Positions 29,038 to 39,798 of a DNA stretch of 64,000 bases are shown here, piece by piece (positions within the stretch are counted from its first letter, which is position 1; every line of letters begins with the position of its first letter). A program made the translations under genes and the position numbers. Source of the DNA: a bacterium (lineage in GTDB: Bacteria > Orphanbacterota > Orphanbacteria > Orphanbacterales > Orphanbacteraceae); the NCBI GenBank assembly GCA_025782575.1, contig JALGYY010000009.1, forward strand, positions 99,512-163,511, written 5' to 3'. The notes under the pieces are model-generated. The model saw only the letters and a program-made list of their open reading frames with translations. It was not told the origin of the DNA and made no database searches.

Positions 29038-29760
29038 ATGAAACACTACATCATTGATGGCCACAATCTGATACTGACCAATCGCCATCTCTCTGAGGTC
29101 CTGGACTACAGAGGGCCGAAAGCACCGAGAGAACTGTTGGAAGCGCGGCTGATCGAGTGGGGTGCGGGTGAAGAAAGAGTACGGATCGTTCTCTATTACG
29201 ACGGGCGGGATTTTGAGGGAAGCCATCCGGGGAACCGTGACGAAGGGGTACTTTCCGTCAGGTTTACCGATCCCCCGGCGGAAGCTGATGACCGGATCGT
29301 GTACGAGGCGAGTCGGTTGCTCGGGATGGGAGAGGTGGTGATCGTGGTCACAGGGGATCGGGGGATCGCGCAGCGCCTCGGTGGATCGGGGGTCCGGTCC
29401 GCCGATCCGTCGGCATTCTGGAGACGAATCCGGCCGCGGCCGGCAGCCCTGAAAAAAGAGGAACATTTCTCCGCTGAGGAGATCGCCACGTTGGGCGCCG
29501 AAATGCTGGCCCGAAGCGCCGACTCGGTGGAGGATCCGATTCCGGCCCCCGATTCACCTGGGGAGGTTCATGGAAGATCGAGCGGGCCGACCAGATTGGC
29601 GACTCCCCCCGTGATAAAAGAGAAGAGGTCGGCCGATGCCACCCGAAGACGATCAGCCGACAGGGAGGCTCGAAGAGAGGCGTTCCGGGAGAAGCAGAAA
29701 CGACGCGACGAGCGTAGGGAAGCAAAGAAGAAGCCCAGCAAGAAGCGGCGCGGCTGGTAG
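29038..29760 (+). CDS. NYN/YacP-like domain protein with a highly basic C-terminal tail
   Basis: MKHYIIDGHNLIL... is a typical YacP-like NYN nuclease domain. The C-terminal 60 aa are K/R/E-rich. ATG at 29038 is preferred over the TTG at 29005. Confidence 0.6.
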   Translation: MKHYIIDGHNLILTNRHLSEVLDYRGPKAPRELLEARLIEWGAGEERVRIVLYYDGRDFEGSHPGNRDEGVLSVRFTDPPAEADDRIVYEASRLLGMGEVVIVVTGDRGIAQRLGGSGVRSADPSAFWRRIRPRPAALKKEEHFSAEEIATLGAEMLARSADSVEDPIPAPDSPGEVHGRSSGPTRLATPPVIKEKRSADATRRRSADREARREAFREKQKRRDERREAKKKPSKKRRGW

Positions 29761-29767
29761 GTTCGTT

Positions 29768-31336
29768 TTACCCCGACGATTCAGTCCCGGTGAGATTGGG
29801 GTCGACCTGCTTCTGCAGTATCATCCGCCGGCCCTCGGGCGGATCGATGGTGCCCAGCTCTCTCACGTCGTCCATGATGGCGCCGCTCAGGACCTTTCCG
29901 AGCCCCTGAATTTCAGCCGGCCGATAGCCCAGATATTTCTCGGGCTGACTTCTTGCGACGAAATCCACCGTGGCAATCGTGTAAGTCTCTGTCGGGTCGA
30001 TCTTTGCGCCGCCCCTTGACGTAAGTGTCGCATTCACTACCCATACATCCTCGCCGGATCGTCCCCAGAGAACTTGCAGGCCGGAACTCTGCAATATGCC
30101 GTGCTCCTCAAGGGCGCCTGCGGCCAGATTCGATTCCAGAATGGCGATCAGGTCCTCACCGGTGCATTCGAAAGTACAAAGGGAATTACTGAACGGAAGC
30201 ATCTCCTGAATGGTCAGCAGTGTCACCTCACCCGGCTGGAGGTCTTTCCGGATCCCACCACTGTTCAGGAACGCGACGTCCGCTCCCGTGATGGCACGCA
30301 CCCGGTCCGTCAGCCAGTCGCCGAGAGGGCTTTCAGCATAGTAGTCTCTTCCCAGTTTAGCGGTCGAAGTCGCGATTACCTCGCCATACTCTTCTTCGAT
30401 ATCGCCGCCGAACCGTCCCACGAGATCACTTACGTGCTCGGATGCGACCGCGTCGGCCGCCCAGAGGGGGACCAGGCTCGCCTTGACGTCAATCGCCCTG
30501 TCATTCTCGACGATGAGATCAATACGCCCCAGATTTTGCAGATTAGCGCCCGCCTGGGCGATCAGCACGTCGTTTACCCACTCGCCCCGTGCCAGCCGCG
30601 TGTGGCTGTGGCCACCGATAATGATATCGATCCCTTCGATCTGCTGCGCGATTTCGCGGTCCTTCTCCACTCCCTCGTGGGTCAGCAGGACAAGCAGATC
30701 GCTCTTTTCGTCAACCAGAGGGACGAGTTCGCGAAGCACCTCGACAGCGGGCGTTACGCTAAGCCCCTCCATCACGGTCGAGCCGATCAGCCCACCGAGA
30801 TCATCAGGAGTAAAGCCGATGATTCCGACGCGAATGCCTCCCACTTCCTTGATCACGTAGTCCTTTCCCGTGAAGAGCTCGCCGTCCGGTCCCTTCAGGT
30901 TGGCTGCCAGAATCGGGAAGCGGGCTAACCGGACCAGCGCAAGTGTATTCTCCCGGGGATGATCGAACTCGTGGTTCCCGAGCGCCATCGCATCCAGTCC
31001 GATCTCATTGAAGAGCTCAACAAGAGCCCCCCCTTTGACCCCCTGGTACGCAACGTTGGAAATCGGGTTCCCGGTCATGAAGTCGCCGGCGTCGAGCCAG
31101 AGTGAATGTGCCGCTGTATCCTTTTGGTTCCGGAGGTGATATTCGAGCGCCTCGAAACCGCCGACCAGCGCTTGATCATCCCGCCAGGTCGCTTTCGAAG
31201 CCTGGAATGACGCGTGAGTGTCATTCGTGTGAAAAAGGGTGATTCGGACCGGTTCGGACACCTGGGGACGATGAGCTCCGCATGAAGCGAGCAGGCAGAG
31301 GAAAAACGGGGCGGCGATGGCAAACGATCGATTCAT
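29768..31336 (-). CDS. 5'-nucleotidase / metallophosphoesterase (UshA-like) lipoprotein
   Basis: Signal and lipobox LLASCG. Calcineurin-like phosphoesterase motifs (HTNDTH, GNHEFDH, GGHSH) plus a 5'-nucleotidase C-terminal domain. Confidence 0.8.
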   Translation of the reverse strand: MNRSFAIAAPFFLCLLASCGAHRPQVSEPVRITLFHTNDTHASFQASKATWRDDQALVGGFEALEYHLRNQKDTAAHSLWLDAGDFMTGNPISNVAYQGVKGGALVELFNEIGLDAMALGNHEFDHPRENTLALVRLARFPILAANLKGPDGELFTGKDYVIKEVGGIRVGIIGFTPDDLGGLIGSTVMEGLSVTPAVEVLRELVPLVDEKSDLLVLLTHEGVEKDREIAQQIEGIDIIIGGHSHTRLARGEWVNDVLIAQAGANLQNLGRIDLIVENDRAIDVKASLVPLWAADAVASEHVSDLVGRFGGDIEEEYGEVIATSTAKLGRDYYAESPLGDWLTDRVRAITGADVAFLNSGGIRKDLQPGEVTLLTIQEMLPFSNSLCTFECTGEDLIAILESNLAAGALEEHGILQSSGLQVLWGRSGEDVWVVNATLTSRGGAKIDPTETYTIATVDFVARSQPEKYLGYRPAEIQGLGKVLSGAIMDDVRELGTIDPPEGRRMILQKQVDPNLTGTESSG

Positions 31337-31432
31337 GCCGGAAACTCCTCCATGTCGGGTCGGGTGTCGGGACAGGATCAGCCAGGACTCGAGTGGAGCC
31401 TGCCGCGCCCGGTCAATCTTCCAATACCCGGA

Positions 31433-32203
31433 TTATAGCCCGGAAGGGGTTCTTCTGGCGACAATGAGTACGTCGGTCGACTCATCGGGGTCGAACGGTG
31501 CTCCATCGTACGATCCGAACAGGATGGTGGAATCGAACCCGGCCTCTTTGAGAAACCGGGTCAGCTCTGAGTGTTGAAGGGGGCGAAGCAGGGTACTCGT
31601 CGTTCGAACCAATTCCGTCTCCCTGCCATTCTTCCGCTCCAGTGTGACCAGTTCGAACCGGAGCTGATCCGGGGCGATCGGATCCATGATGCGCAGGAAG
31701 ATGATCTCCCCGTCCTCGGTGGGTCTGAAGTTGAGAGGGAGGTGGCGGATCCCTTTCGACAGGATCCTGGCGTAATTCAGCACCTGGATTACGAAAGGGG
31801 CGCCCGGTTCAAGAAGCTCGCATACCGTCCGGAAGCACTCCCGATATCGATCGTCCTGCTCCAGAGCGACCAGGGTGTTCCCGAGGCAGACAGCTCCGCC
31901 CGATATGCCTTTCCCACGGAGGGGGAGGCAGGCCATGTCCCCCCGCAGAAATCGGACGCCGGCCGGTTCCAAGCTCCGTTTCTCGAGCATGGATTCTGAG
32001 ATGTCGATGCCGATCGCCCGGTAACCTGCCTGGGCGAGGGCCTCCGTGTGCCGCCCCGGGCCGCATCCGAGGTCGAACACGGGCCTGTCTGCCCGCGGTT
32101 TGCCCAGACGGTCACACAGGAACGGCATTTCCCGGGCCAGACGGCCTTCCCAGGCGACCATACGGACGTAGTCCACCCGACTGTAGGGATCATCGGTACT
32201 CAT
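31433..32203 (-). CDS. Class I SAM-dependent methyltransferase
   Basis: Motif I VFDLGCGPGRHTEALAQAGYRAIGIDIS. Start placed at MSTDDP; the longer ORF-track N-terminus overlaps the upstream gene out of frame. Confidence 0.7.
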   Translation of the reverse strand: MSTDDPYSRVDYVRMVAWEGRLAREMPFLCDRLGKPRADRPVFDLGCGPGRHTEALAQAGYRAIGIDISESMLEKRSLEPAGVRFLRGDMACLPLRGKGISGGAVCLGNTLVALEQDDRYRECFRTVCELLEPGAPFVIQVLNYARILSKGIRHLPLNFRPTEDGEIIFLRIMDPIAPDQLRFELVTLERKNGRETELVRTTSTLLRPLQHSELTRFLKEAGFDSTILFGSYDGAPFDPDESTDVLIVARRTPSGL

Positions 32204-32378
32204 GGAGAACAGGATAGGTGGGACCGGGAGCGTCGTCAATCGGGGGAGAGAGAAAGGTTTCGAGAGTGGCCGGATGCCGACGGGATCTTCGACAAGGGGG
32301 ACGATATGGTACTCCCGACGGCGTGCCCGGCCAGTCTCGATCCTTATTATCGGAGCGTGCGGTTTTTTCCTTGACTGG

Positions 32379-34061
32379 CTATCGTGTATAGGCCATCGAG
32401 CGGAGCCGCTCTTCCAGTTCCCGCAGTTCCTTCGCTGTGTATGTCGCTCCCGGGCCGGTCTCCTGAAGCTCCGCCGGCTCCACTTCGACGCGCACCTTTC
32501 GGCGGACTGAAAGAAGCTCTGTGAGCACATGACCATCCATCTCGTCGTACACGGGAAGATCGCTGATATGAAGAAGGGTCGGGCATAGATCGAGGATCGA
32601 CGCATGCCGTCTGTCCGCGATTTCCAGAAATGACGGCCCGGCGGCTACGAAGATGCCGTTCAACTCATGATCAGCCGCGGGTGATCGGATCGACTGCACG
32701 GCAGGCACTACCGTAAACGGCCTGACAAGAAAGTCATGATCCACTTCGAACAGAATCTCGGGAAGGCTCTCGAGATACGGTCCGGGGTAGACCTCTGCGG
32801 TTCTCATGACTCGCCTGACGAGCGGCCCGTCGGAGAACGGATTTTTTGTAGCCATAAGAGAATCTTCGATTGCCTGCAAGAGTGTCTCGTACTGTTCAGA
32901 CGTTGCGGCTCCCCTTGGTTCACGCCCCTGCAAGTTGACACGGATCGATCCGAAACTTCCTTCAGCCGGTCCGGTAATCGCCACCGTTCGGTACAGGTTC
33001 AGTTTGGCCATATGGAAGTTGTGAGAGGCTGCGCGGGCGATCGCGATAGGGGTTGTCTTGTCCGGTTCAGATGGGATGCCATCGAGGGCCGGCACGGCAA
33101 ATCCCTTTTCCAGAAGCCATCCATTTATATTAAAAGCTTTGGTGAACGATTGAAATCCGTGATCGGACAGAACGATGATATCCGTATTCGGCCCGGCCAC
33201 GCGAATCAGAAGTCCCAGTGTCTTGTCCAGGTAGTCGTATAGCTCGAGCACGTTCGAGAGATTGGGCTCCGTCACTCCGCGGTGCTTCAGGACATCAAGC
33301 GATTTGAATACGATGAAAGCGAGATCCCAGTCGTTCCCGGTCAGGAGCGTAGTGAGAGCATGCTTCTTGATCTCAAGCTGGCCGTAGAGAATGTTGCGGG
33401 ACAATGTTCGCTTTTCCCGCCAGATCCCGAGGTCCGGAATGAACTGAACGCTCCGGAGGGCGTCAGCCAGGCCGGGAGGCCAGGCGTAATCGGCCTGTTC
33501 CGGGGAAAGCATGCCGGAGACCATGATCGTTTTGACCGGTTCGGGGGGATAGGTGACCGGCATGCCGAACACAACTGCGTTTTTTCCGTGATGATTCAGG
33601 ATACGCCAGAGAGGGCTCGCCTTTCTGTCGAGCGAGCTGATGACACGGACGCCGTAGCTACCGGGCACACGCTCGAAGAACGAGAAGATCCCTGTCTTGG
33701 ACGGCGACTTCCCTGTGACAGCGGAGGTCCAGGCCGCAGAGGAGATCGGAAGAAGCGTCGATTCAAGAGTAGCCTGAACGCCCCGGTCCATGAGCCCGTG
33801 CAGATTGGGAAGCCGCCCTTCCTCTATCAGAGGATCAATGTATCGATACGAAGCGCCGTCCCATCCGATTACGAGGGTGCGACGCTTCCGGCGATCGGGT
33901 TTCTCGGTCGCAAACGGTGCGAGCGCGGTCCGCACTCCCGGATCGATGAAGATTGCCGGTTCACTACGATCCTCTCTCGAACAACCCGGCTCGATAACAA
34001 GGAGCGAGGCGGTGAGTCCGATCAGGAAGATGGAAATCGACAGTTGCCGGAACGACGTCAT
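32379..34061 (-). CDS. Alkaline-phosphatase superfamily protein (type I phosphodiesterase / nucleotide pyrophosphatase-like)
   Basis: Signal peptide, IGWDGASY metal-binding start and a DHG-containing core typical of PF01663-type enzymes. Start overlaps the upstream gene stop by 4 bp. Confidence 0.65.
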   Translation of the reverse strand: MTSFRQLSISIFLIGLTASLLVIEPGCSREDRSEPAIFIDPGVRTALAPFATEKPDRRKRRTLVIGWDGASYRYIDPLIEEGRLPNLHGLMDRGVQATLESTLLPISSAAWTSAVTGKSPSKTGIFSFFERVPGSYGVRVISSLDRKASPLWRILNHHGKNAVVFGMPVTYPPEPVKTIMVSGMLSPEQADYAWPPGLADALRSVQFIPDLGIWREKRTLSRNILYGQLEIKKHALTTLLTGNDWDLAFIVFKSLDVLKHRGVTEPNLSNVLELYDYLDKTLGLLIRVAGPNTDIIVLSDHGFQSFTKAFNINGWLLEKGFAVPALDGIPSEPDKTTPIAIARAASHNFHMAKLNLYRTVAITGPAEGSFGSIRVNLQGREPRGAATSEQYETLLQAIEDSLMATKNPFSDGPLVRRVMRTAEVYPGPYLESLPEILFEVDHDFLVRPFTVVPAVQSIRSPAADHELNGIFVAAGPSFLEIADRRHASILDLCPTLLHISDLPVYDEMDGHVLTELLSVRRKVRVEVEPAELQETGPGATYTAKELRELEERLRSMAYTR

Positions 34062-35569
34062 CGAGGACCTCTTTCAACACGAACCGTGACGAGAATCTCA
34101 TCCGGTTCGGGAGGGGGAACGTCCCGTTCCGGAAACGACACACGAATTTTCTTTCCGGGGCGCGTCAGTTCGCACCACGCCTTCACAGTATACGTCGTCA
34201 TTCCCGCGGCGATGTGAATAGGCGAACCGGGTCTGGGGCGGACGCCGAAGGGAAGGCCGTAAACGACGATCGTTTCGCCCGGGTCGGCGTTATCGATCTC
34301 CCTGCTCAGGTCGGCAGTGAATTGTTCGGTCAGTCTGGTGAGGTCACCCCATTCGGAGCGGAACTGAAAGAGAGGCGAACCCTTTCCGTTCAGCCAGAAC
34401 GATCCCGCCAGAAGCAGGACCAGCACCGATGCGACCCCCTTTCTGATCACCGAAGCGCCCTGGAAGGCGACGACCGATTCCAGTATCAGAACGCCAGCCA
34501 GTAACGAGTACGGCGCGACAGTGTGAAGGGTATACCAGGGGGAAATCGATCCCGAGAATCCATGAATCGACCACCCGCAGATCATCCAGAAGAACGCGAG
34601 CATGGCGAGGCGTCCGGATCTCCTGCCCCACAGGAGTTGAATCGAGCCAAGGGACAGTATCGCGAGAATCGCCCACCGGACGATCGGGCCCGGCACGAGG
34701 GGCGCAAAAATCGGATAGGGGTAAAACGTGGCACGCTGAAACTCCCGCAGAATGCGCATGGCGAATGCCGCCGCGGCAAATGGCGTCACCCCATGATCTT
34801 CCATCGGTCCGCTCACGCCCATATGGCCGCCGAGCCCGCCGATCACTGCCTGACGGGCGGCCAGAAACGGAAGAAGCATCAGAAACGAGGGAAGAGAAGC
34901 GCGGAACGCCCGTGTGATCCGCTTGCCCGGAGTGTCTGGCTCAACGATCAGCAAAGAGAAAAACAGAAGGAACGGAGCGATGGCGCCCGTCTCCTTTGAG
35001 CCGACGGCGAGGAGTGTGAAGATCGGCGGCGCGATTCGTCTCCATGCTGCCGAGTTCGATCGAGCGGCCAGCAGTACGGCGATGGTGAAGAAGAGCGCCA
35101 GCATATCGGCCCGCCTCGGGGGTACGGGGGCGATATTCAGATGAACGGGGTGGACCAGGAAGAATAGCCCGACAAAGAGTGCGGTCAAGAGCGTGAGCAT
35201 GTGCCTGCCGCTGACCGACGCGGCCGATCGGAACAACATGGCCATGCCGATGGCGCAGCCGGCGAGGAGAAGCAGGTCAGTGAGGTGGTATCCGAATGGG
35301 CGCAAATCCCAGAGAGCGTAGTCGATCGCGATCGAGAGATTGAGTACGGGGCGATAAAAGTGGCCGCTCGGGTACCGGCCGTCCATCAGTTCCTCGGTAA
35401 AAGTACCGGCGAAGTCAGCCACGCTCTCGATCCGACTGGCGATGATGATCGGATAGGAATCGTGGCCCAGTTGAGAATAGTCCAGGAATTCATGATAGAG
35501 GAGGAAGACCGCAGAGAGAAGGAGCGCGGCGAGAATGACCTTGCCGGACCGATCTCCTGCAACTCTCAT
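34058..35569 (-). CDS. GT-C fold membrane glycosyltransferase-like protein (PMT/TMTC-like N-terminal domain, no TPR tail)
   Basis: About 11 TM helices. Conserved first-loop motifs (HDSYPIIIASR...; RPFGYHLTDLLLL) resemble PMT/TMTC-type GT-C enzymes. Confidence 0.5.
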   Translation of the reverse strand: MRVAGDRSGKVILAALLLSAVFLLYHEFLDYSQLGHDSYPIIIASRIESVADFAGTFTEELMDGRYPSGHFYRPVLNLSIAIDYALWDLRPFGYHLTDLLLLAGCAIGMAMLFRSAASVSGRHMLTLLTALFVGLFFLVHPVHLNIAPVPPRRADMLALFFTIAVLLAARSNSAAWRRIAPPIFTLLAVGSKETGAIAPFLLFFSLLIVEPDTPGKRITRAFRASLPSFLMLLPFLAARQAVIGGLGGHMGVSGPMEDHGVTPFAAAAFAMRILREFQRATFYPYPIFAPLVPGPIVRWAILAILSLGSIQLLWGRRSGRLAMLAFFWMICGWSIHGFSGSISPWYTLHTVAPYSLLAGVLILESVVAFQGASVIRKGVASVLVLLLAGSFWLNGKGSPLFQFRSEWGDLTRLTEQFTADLSREIDNADPGETIVVYGLPFGVRPRPGSPIHIAAGMTTYTVKAWCELTRPGKKIRVSFPERDVPPPEPDEILVTVRVERGPR

Positions 35570-37440
35570 GGACAGCGCTGGATCAGTAGAACCGTGACGT
35601 CATCGCCGGGATCGCCATCGGCGCAGAACGACTGGACTTCGTCGATCAGTTTCTCCGCGAATTCGGTCGGCGGAAGGCAATGATGGGCTCTGTAAAAATC
35701 AGCGAGACGCTCCTCGCCGAATTCCTCATCATCGTGGTTCCGTCCCTCCGTGATCCCGTCGCTATAGAGCAGGAGCGACTCCCGCGGTTCGAGCATCGTC
35801 TCTCCAACCTCGTATTCAGCGTCCATGAACACGCCGAGAAACAGCCCCCCCTTTTCGAGGAGCTCGATCTCACCGCTCGTCCGAAGAAGCATCGGTGGGT
35901 TATGCCCCGCGTTCACGTAGCGCAGTCTGTTTGTTTTACCCTCAATTGAAAGGACAAAAAATGTAATGAATCGCTCCCCTTTTGCCGCTCGATTGACGGA
36001 TCGATTCAACCGGGGGGCGAGAAGCTCGAGATCGAGACCCGCTTCGATCTGCGCATGGAACGACGCGTGCAGGTTCGACATGACCAGAGCGGCCGGCATC
36101 CCCTTACCGGAAACGTCGCCGAGGGCAGCCCATGTCTTTCCTGCGTCACCGCAAAAGTAGTCAAAATAATCACCTCCCACGTCGAGCGAAGGGATGTTGT
36201 GACCGCCGAAGCGATAAGGCCCGCTTGTGAGAACGTCTTCCGGAAGCAGATTCTGTTGAAGCCGGGCCGCGTGCTTCAGCTCTTCTTCACGCTGCTTCTG
36301 TAGATGAACCTCCTCCAGCGCTTCCGTCTCGGCGATTTTCACTGCGGCCCAATGGCCGATGAGCGTGAGGAGATGAAGGTCGTCCTCCGAGAAAAGAGTG
36401 GGCGCACGCCGGTTATCAGCGTAAAGAATGCCGACCACTTCGGAATCGTTCCAGAGAGGGGCGCACATGGCGGATTGGATCTGGAGGTTGGCGATACTCT
36501 CCTTCCCTTGAAAGCGATCGTCCGACATGGCGTCGGTCGAAAGAATCGCCTGCTTCTCCTCGATCGCCTGTTGCGCGATCGAACGGCTGATCACGATCTC
36601 GTCGTTCGGGTTTCCCCGCTTACGGCGGACTGCTTTCAGATTCAGTTCTCCCCCTTCTTTGTCTCGGATGAGGAGGGCGACACGATCGGGAGTGAGAAGG
36701 TCATCGGAGACTTCCACAATCTTGTCGTATAGCTCCTGCATTGGCCGGTGGGAGAGAAAGGCTTTTCCGATCGTGTCCACGTTCCGCATGAATCGGCTCA
36801 CCCGGGAGGATGACCCTGAGGGGGGGGCTATGGGTTGGGGCGTACCGGCCGGATGAGCGCCGGTCCGCGTCGGCGTCCTGCTGTCCGTGAAATCTTCGAG
36901 GGAGATCGCATGGATTGTCAGATGTCCCACGCTTTCATCGAATCGGGCCCTGCTTGCAATCGGCTTCTGGCCGAAGTCGAGAACGAACGGGCCGACTCCG
37001 ATGGAGTCACCCTGCTCCAGCAGCACGCGCTCAGACACCGGAACACCGTTTCGTTCCGTGCCGTTCATGCTGCCGAGGTCCTCGATATACCAGGTATCGC
37101 CGTCCAGTTCGAGCCTGGCATGCCGTCTGGAAATGGCGCGGTCGGTCAGCACGACCTGACAATCGGAACTCCTGCCGACGATGATCTCCATGTGTTGCGA
37201 GAGATCGAGAGTTCGGAGAGTCTCACCATCTTTGCTGATCACCAGTTTATGCATAGTCTGAGTCATTGTGGGACTTCCTGAGTTTCCGTGAGCCGACAAA
37301 GTCAATTTCTCCAAAACCGTATCACGGCTGCAGCAACGATCCAAGCTCTCTCGGGCGTGGTCTTGGGGAGAGGGAACGATCCGAGCGGTTCCGGCAACGG
37401 GGGCGACAGATTCCCCCCCCTGACATATTGGGGAATTCAC
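35566..37440 (-). CDS. FHA-GAF-PP2C (SpoIIE-type) serine/threonine phosphatase
   Basis: FHA domain (IVGRSSDCQVVLTDRAISRRHARLE...GSMNGT), central GAF domain and a C-terminal PP2C/SpoIIE domain (DVGGDYFDY...GDVSGKGMPAAL). Precise start uncertain. Confidence 0.8.
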   Translation of the reverse strand: MNSPICQGGESVAPVAGTARIVPSPQDHARESLDRCCSRDTVLEKLTLSAHGNSGSPTMTQTMHKLVISKDGETLRTLDLSQHMEIIVGRSSDCQVVLTDRAISRRHARLELDGDTWYIEDLGSMNGTERNGVPVSERVLLEQGDSIGVGPFVLDFGQKPIASRARFDESVGHLTIHAISLEDFTDSRTPTRTGAHPAGTPQPIAPPSGSSSRVSRFMRNVDTIGKAFLSHRPMQELYDKIVEVSDDLLTPDRVALLIRDKEGGELNLKAVRRKRGNPNDEIVISRSIAQQAIEEKQAILSTDAMSDDRFQGKESIANLQIQSAMCAPLWNDSEVVGILYADNRRAPTLFSEDDLHLLTLIGHWAAVKIAETEALEEVHLQKQREEELKHAARLQQNLLPEDVLTSGPYRFGGHNIPSLDVGGDYFDYFCGDAGKTWAALGDVSGKGMPAALVMSNLHASFHAQIEAGLDLELLAPRLNRSVNRAAKGERFITFFVLSIEGKTNRLRYVNAGHNPPMLLRTSGEIELLEKGGLFLGVFMDAEYEVGETMLEPRESLLLYSDGITEGRNHDDEEFGEERLADFYRAHHCLPPTEFAEKLIDEVQSFCADGDPGDDVTVLLIQRCP

Positions 37441-37476
37441 CTATGGGGCCGAAACTTCGAGTAGTGGCCATATCAC

Positions 37477-39798
37477 GTGAACCGGTATCCGGTATGGGGG
37501 GAAATGGTGCTGAGAAGGGCTCCGAAAACAGATGTCAACATCGATCTCGATCCCGACGTAGCCGCTGAGGGGAAGCGAAAACGTGAATTCCGATTGAATG
37601 TTGTTCAGATACCGATCTTCCGCTTGTGCGGCATATCACTGATGGTGGCGCTGGCAGCTCTCCATAACAGGATGCTTGACGACGCTTTGAAATGGGAGAG
37701 CCTCATCCCCTTCGCCGCGGTCTTCTACAGTTACGGTCTTCTTTCATGGGGCGTGCTGAAAAGGACGTACGGTCGGACCGGAGCTCTCGATATCGCCGTC
37801 CTGTTTTTATCTCTCGACATTCTGTTCCTGGTGGGAACGATTTACTACACAGGTGGGGATCGAAGCTGGCTCTTCTTTCTCGTCATGCTTCGAGTGGCTG
37901 ATCAGGCAAATACGACATTCGCTCGAGTCGTTCTCTTCTCTCACATCGCCGTTCTCTCCTATGCGGGTATGCTCCTCTACATCGTTCATGTGGACGGCCG
38001 TGAGATCATCTGGTCGATCGAGCTCGGTAAATTGGCCGGGATCTATGCGACCAACATGTACGTGGCGTTTACCGCGAAGACGGCCGAAGGGCTTCGGGCG
38101 CGAACGAGGGCGGCTATCCACATGGCTCGTGATCTCATCCTGAGGCTTCAGGACCAGTCGAAACAGCTCGCCGAATCTAAGGAGATTGCGGAAGAGGCGT
38201 CTCTGGCAAAGAGCGAATTCCTGGCCAATATGAGCCATGAGATCCGTACACCGATGAACGGAATCATCGGCATGACTGAAATGGCAATTGACACGGATCT
38301 CACGAGCGAACAGCGGGAGTACCTCACCACCGTTCGTCGTTCAGCGGATTCCATGCTCCGGGTGATTAATGACATTCTTGACTTCTCAAAAATCGAGGCG
38401 GGTCATCTCGAGATCGAGGAGATGGAATTCAACCTGGCGGATGATGTCTACGATGCAATCCGAAGCATCGCACCGAGGGCTCAGGAGAAGGGCCTGGAAG
38501 TGATCTGCCGGGTGGACCCCGATCTCCCGGAACGTGTGGTCGGCGACTCCGGCCGGTTGAGGCAGGTGCTGCTGAACCTTGTCGGGAATGCGATCAAATT
38601 CACTTCCTCGGGCGAGGTGATCGTAAACGTATCGACAGGAGTACGCACCGAAAAGAGTGTGGAACTCCATATCACGGTGAGCGACACGGGAATCGGGATC
38701 GACAGGGAGAAGATTGACCAGATCTTCGACGCGTTTACGCAGGCCGACGGCTCGATTACGCGAGAATACGGCGGGACCGGGCTGGGGCTCACGATCACGA
38801 ACAACCTGGTTCGCATGATGGGAGGGGAGATCTGGGTTGATAGCGAAGCCGGAGCGGGGACTGTGTTTCATTTGACGCCTCGGTTTCGGCTGCCGGCCGG
38901 AGTTGAATCAGTGCGGAAGGAGTCCGCCGCGAGCAGAATCGCAGGAAGAAAAATCCTGATTATCGAATCGCACGGGTATTGCCGGGAAATTCTGAGCGAG
39001 ATGTCCGAGAGTCATCTCATGAACCCGGTTACCGCGGCGCGTATCGAAGAAGCGATCGGTTATCTCGATGGTGCCGAAAGAAGCGGGTTACTTTTCGATT
39101 CTACAATTGTCAGAGGAGATATGATCGATGCCGGGAATCAGGCACTTATAGGACGGCTGAAAGCGGGAACCAAGCCTGGAGGGATCATTGTGACGGCGCC
39201 GGCGCCCCTGATCGCCGAGGCAAGAAAACTGGGCGATTGCCTCGGCGCAAAGATGGTGCTCATCAGGCCCGTGGGGCATCGGGATCTGCAGCAGGCGCTC
39301 CTGGAGTCACTGAATACTGATGACGTCGAAGCGGGGGGACCTTCACGTGGTATCCAGCGCGAGGGAGACCCGACCCTGGCTCCATTCTCCCAGGTGTTCC
39401 GTGTACTGATCGCCGAGGACAACAAGGTCAATCAGATTGTAGCCAGGAAGATCCTCTCGAACTGGGGACATCTCGTAACGGTAGTATCCAACGGCCTGGA
39501 AGCGGTTGAAGCCTGGAGTAAACTCCCCTTCGATCTCATTCTCATGGATGTTCAAATGCCGGAAATGGATGGGATCCGGGCCACCGAAGAAATCCGTGCG
39601 CAAGAGGAAAAATCAGGCGATCATATCCCGATCATTGCGCTTACCGCTCACGCCATGAAAGGGGACCGGGAGCGCTGCATCAATGCCGGAATGGACGGCT
39701 ACGTAACCAAGCCTCTCGATCGAGACAAGCTCGCGGACAGGATTCGGGACCTCACCGCGGGTACAGCGCCTCATTCTCCGGACTCTTCCCCCGCTTAA
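37477..39798 (+). CDS. Hybrid sensor histidine kinase / response regulator
   Basis: N-terminal multi-TM sensor. HisKA H-box [18 protein letters not shown], HATPase_c G-boxes and a C-terminal REC domain ([11 protein letters not shown]...[14 protein letters not shown]). Confidence 0.85.
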   Translation: MNRYPVWGEMVLRRAPKTDVNIDLDPDVAAEGKRKREFRLNVVQIPIFRLCGISLMVALAALHNRMLDDALKWESLIPFAAVFYSYGLLSWGVLKRTYGRTGALDIAVLFLSLDILFLVGTIYYTGGDRSWLFFLVMLRVADQANTTFARVVLFSHIAVLSYAGMLLYIVHVDGREIIWSIELGKLAGIYATNMYVAFTAKTAEGLRARTRAAIHMARDLILRLQDQSKQLAESKEIAEEASLAKSEFLANMSHEIRTPMNGIIGMTEMAIDTDLTSEQREYLTTVRRSADSMLRVINDILDFSKIEAGHLEIEEMEFNLADDVYDAIRSIAPRAQEKGLEVICRVDPDLPERVVGDSGRLRQVLLNLVGNAIKFTSSGEVIVNVSTGVRTEKSVELHITVSDTGIGIDREKIDQIFDAFTQADGSITREYGGTGLGLTITNNLVRMMGGEIWVDSEAGAGTVFHLTPRFRLPAGVESVRKESAASRIAGRKILIIESHGYCREILSEMSESHLMNPVTAARIEEAIGYLDGAERSGLLFDSTIVRGDMIDAGNQALIGRLKAGTKPGGIIVTAPAPLIAEARKLGDCLGAKMVLIRPVGHRDLQQALLESLNTDDVEAGGPSRGIQREGDPTLAPFSQVFRVLIAEDNKVNQIVARKILSNWGHLVTVVSNGLEAVEAWSKLPFDLILMDVQMPEMDGIRATEEIRAQEEKSGDHIPIIALTAHAMKGDRERCINAGMDGYVTKPLDRDKLADRIRDLTAGTAPHSPDSSPA

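Noticed and set aside
32204-32605. 134-aa N-terminal extension of the methyltransferase ORF
   Set aside because: It overlaps the C-terminus of the upstream AlkP-family gene in another frame and is Arg/Ser-rich junk. The methyltransferase fold starts at MSTDDP.
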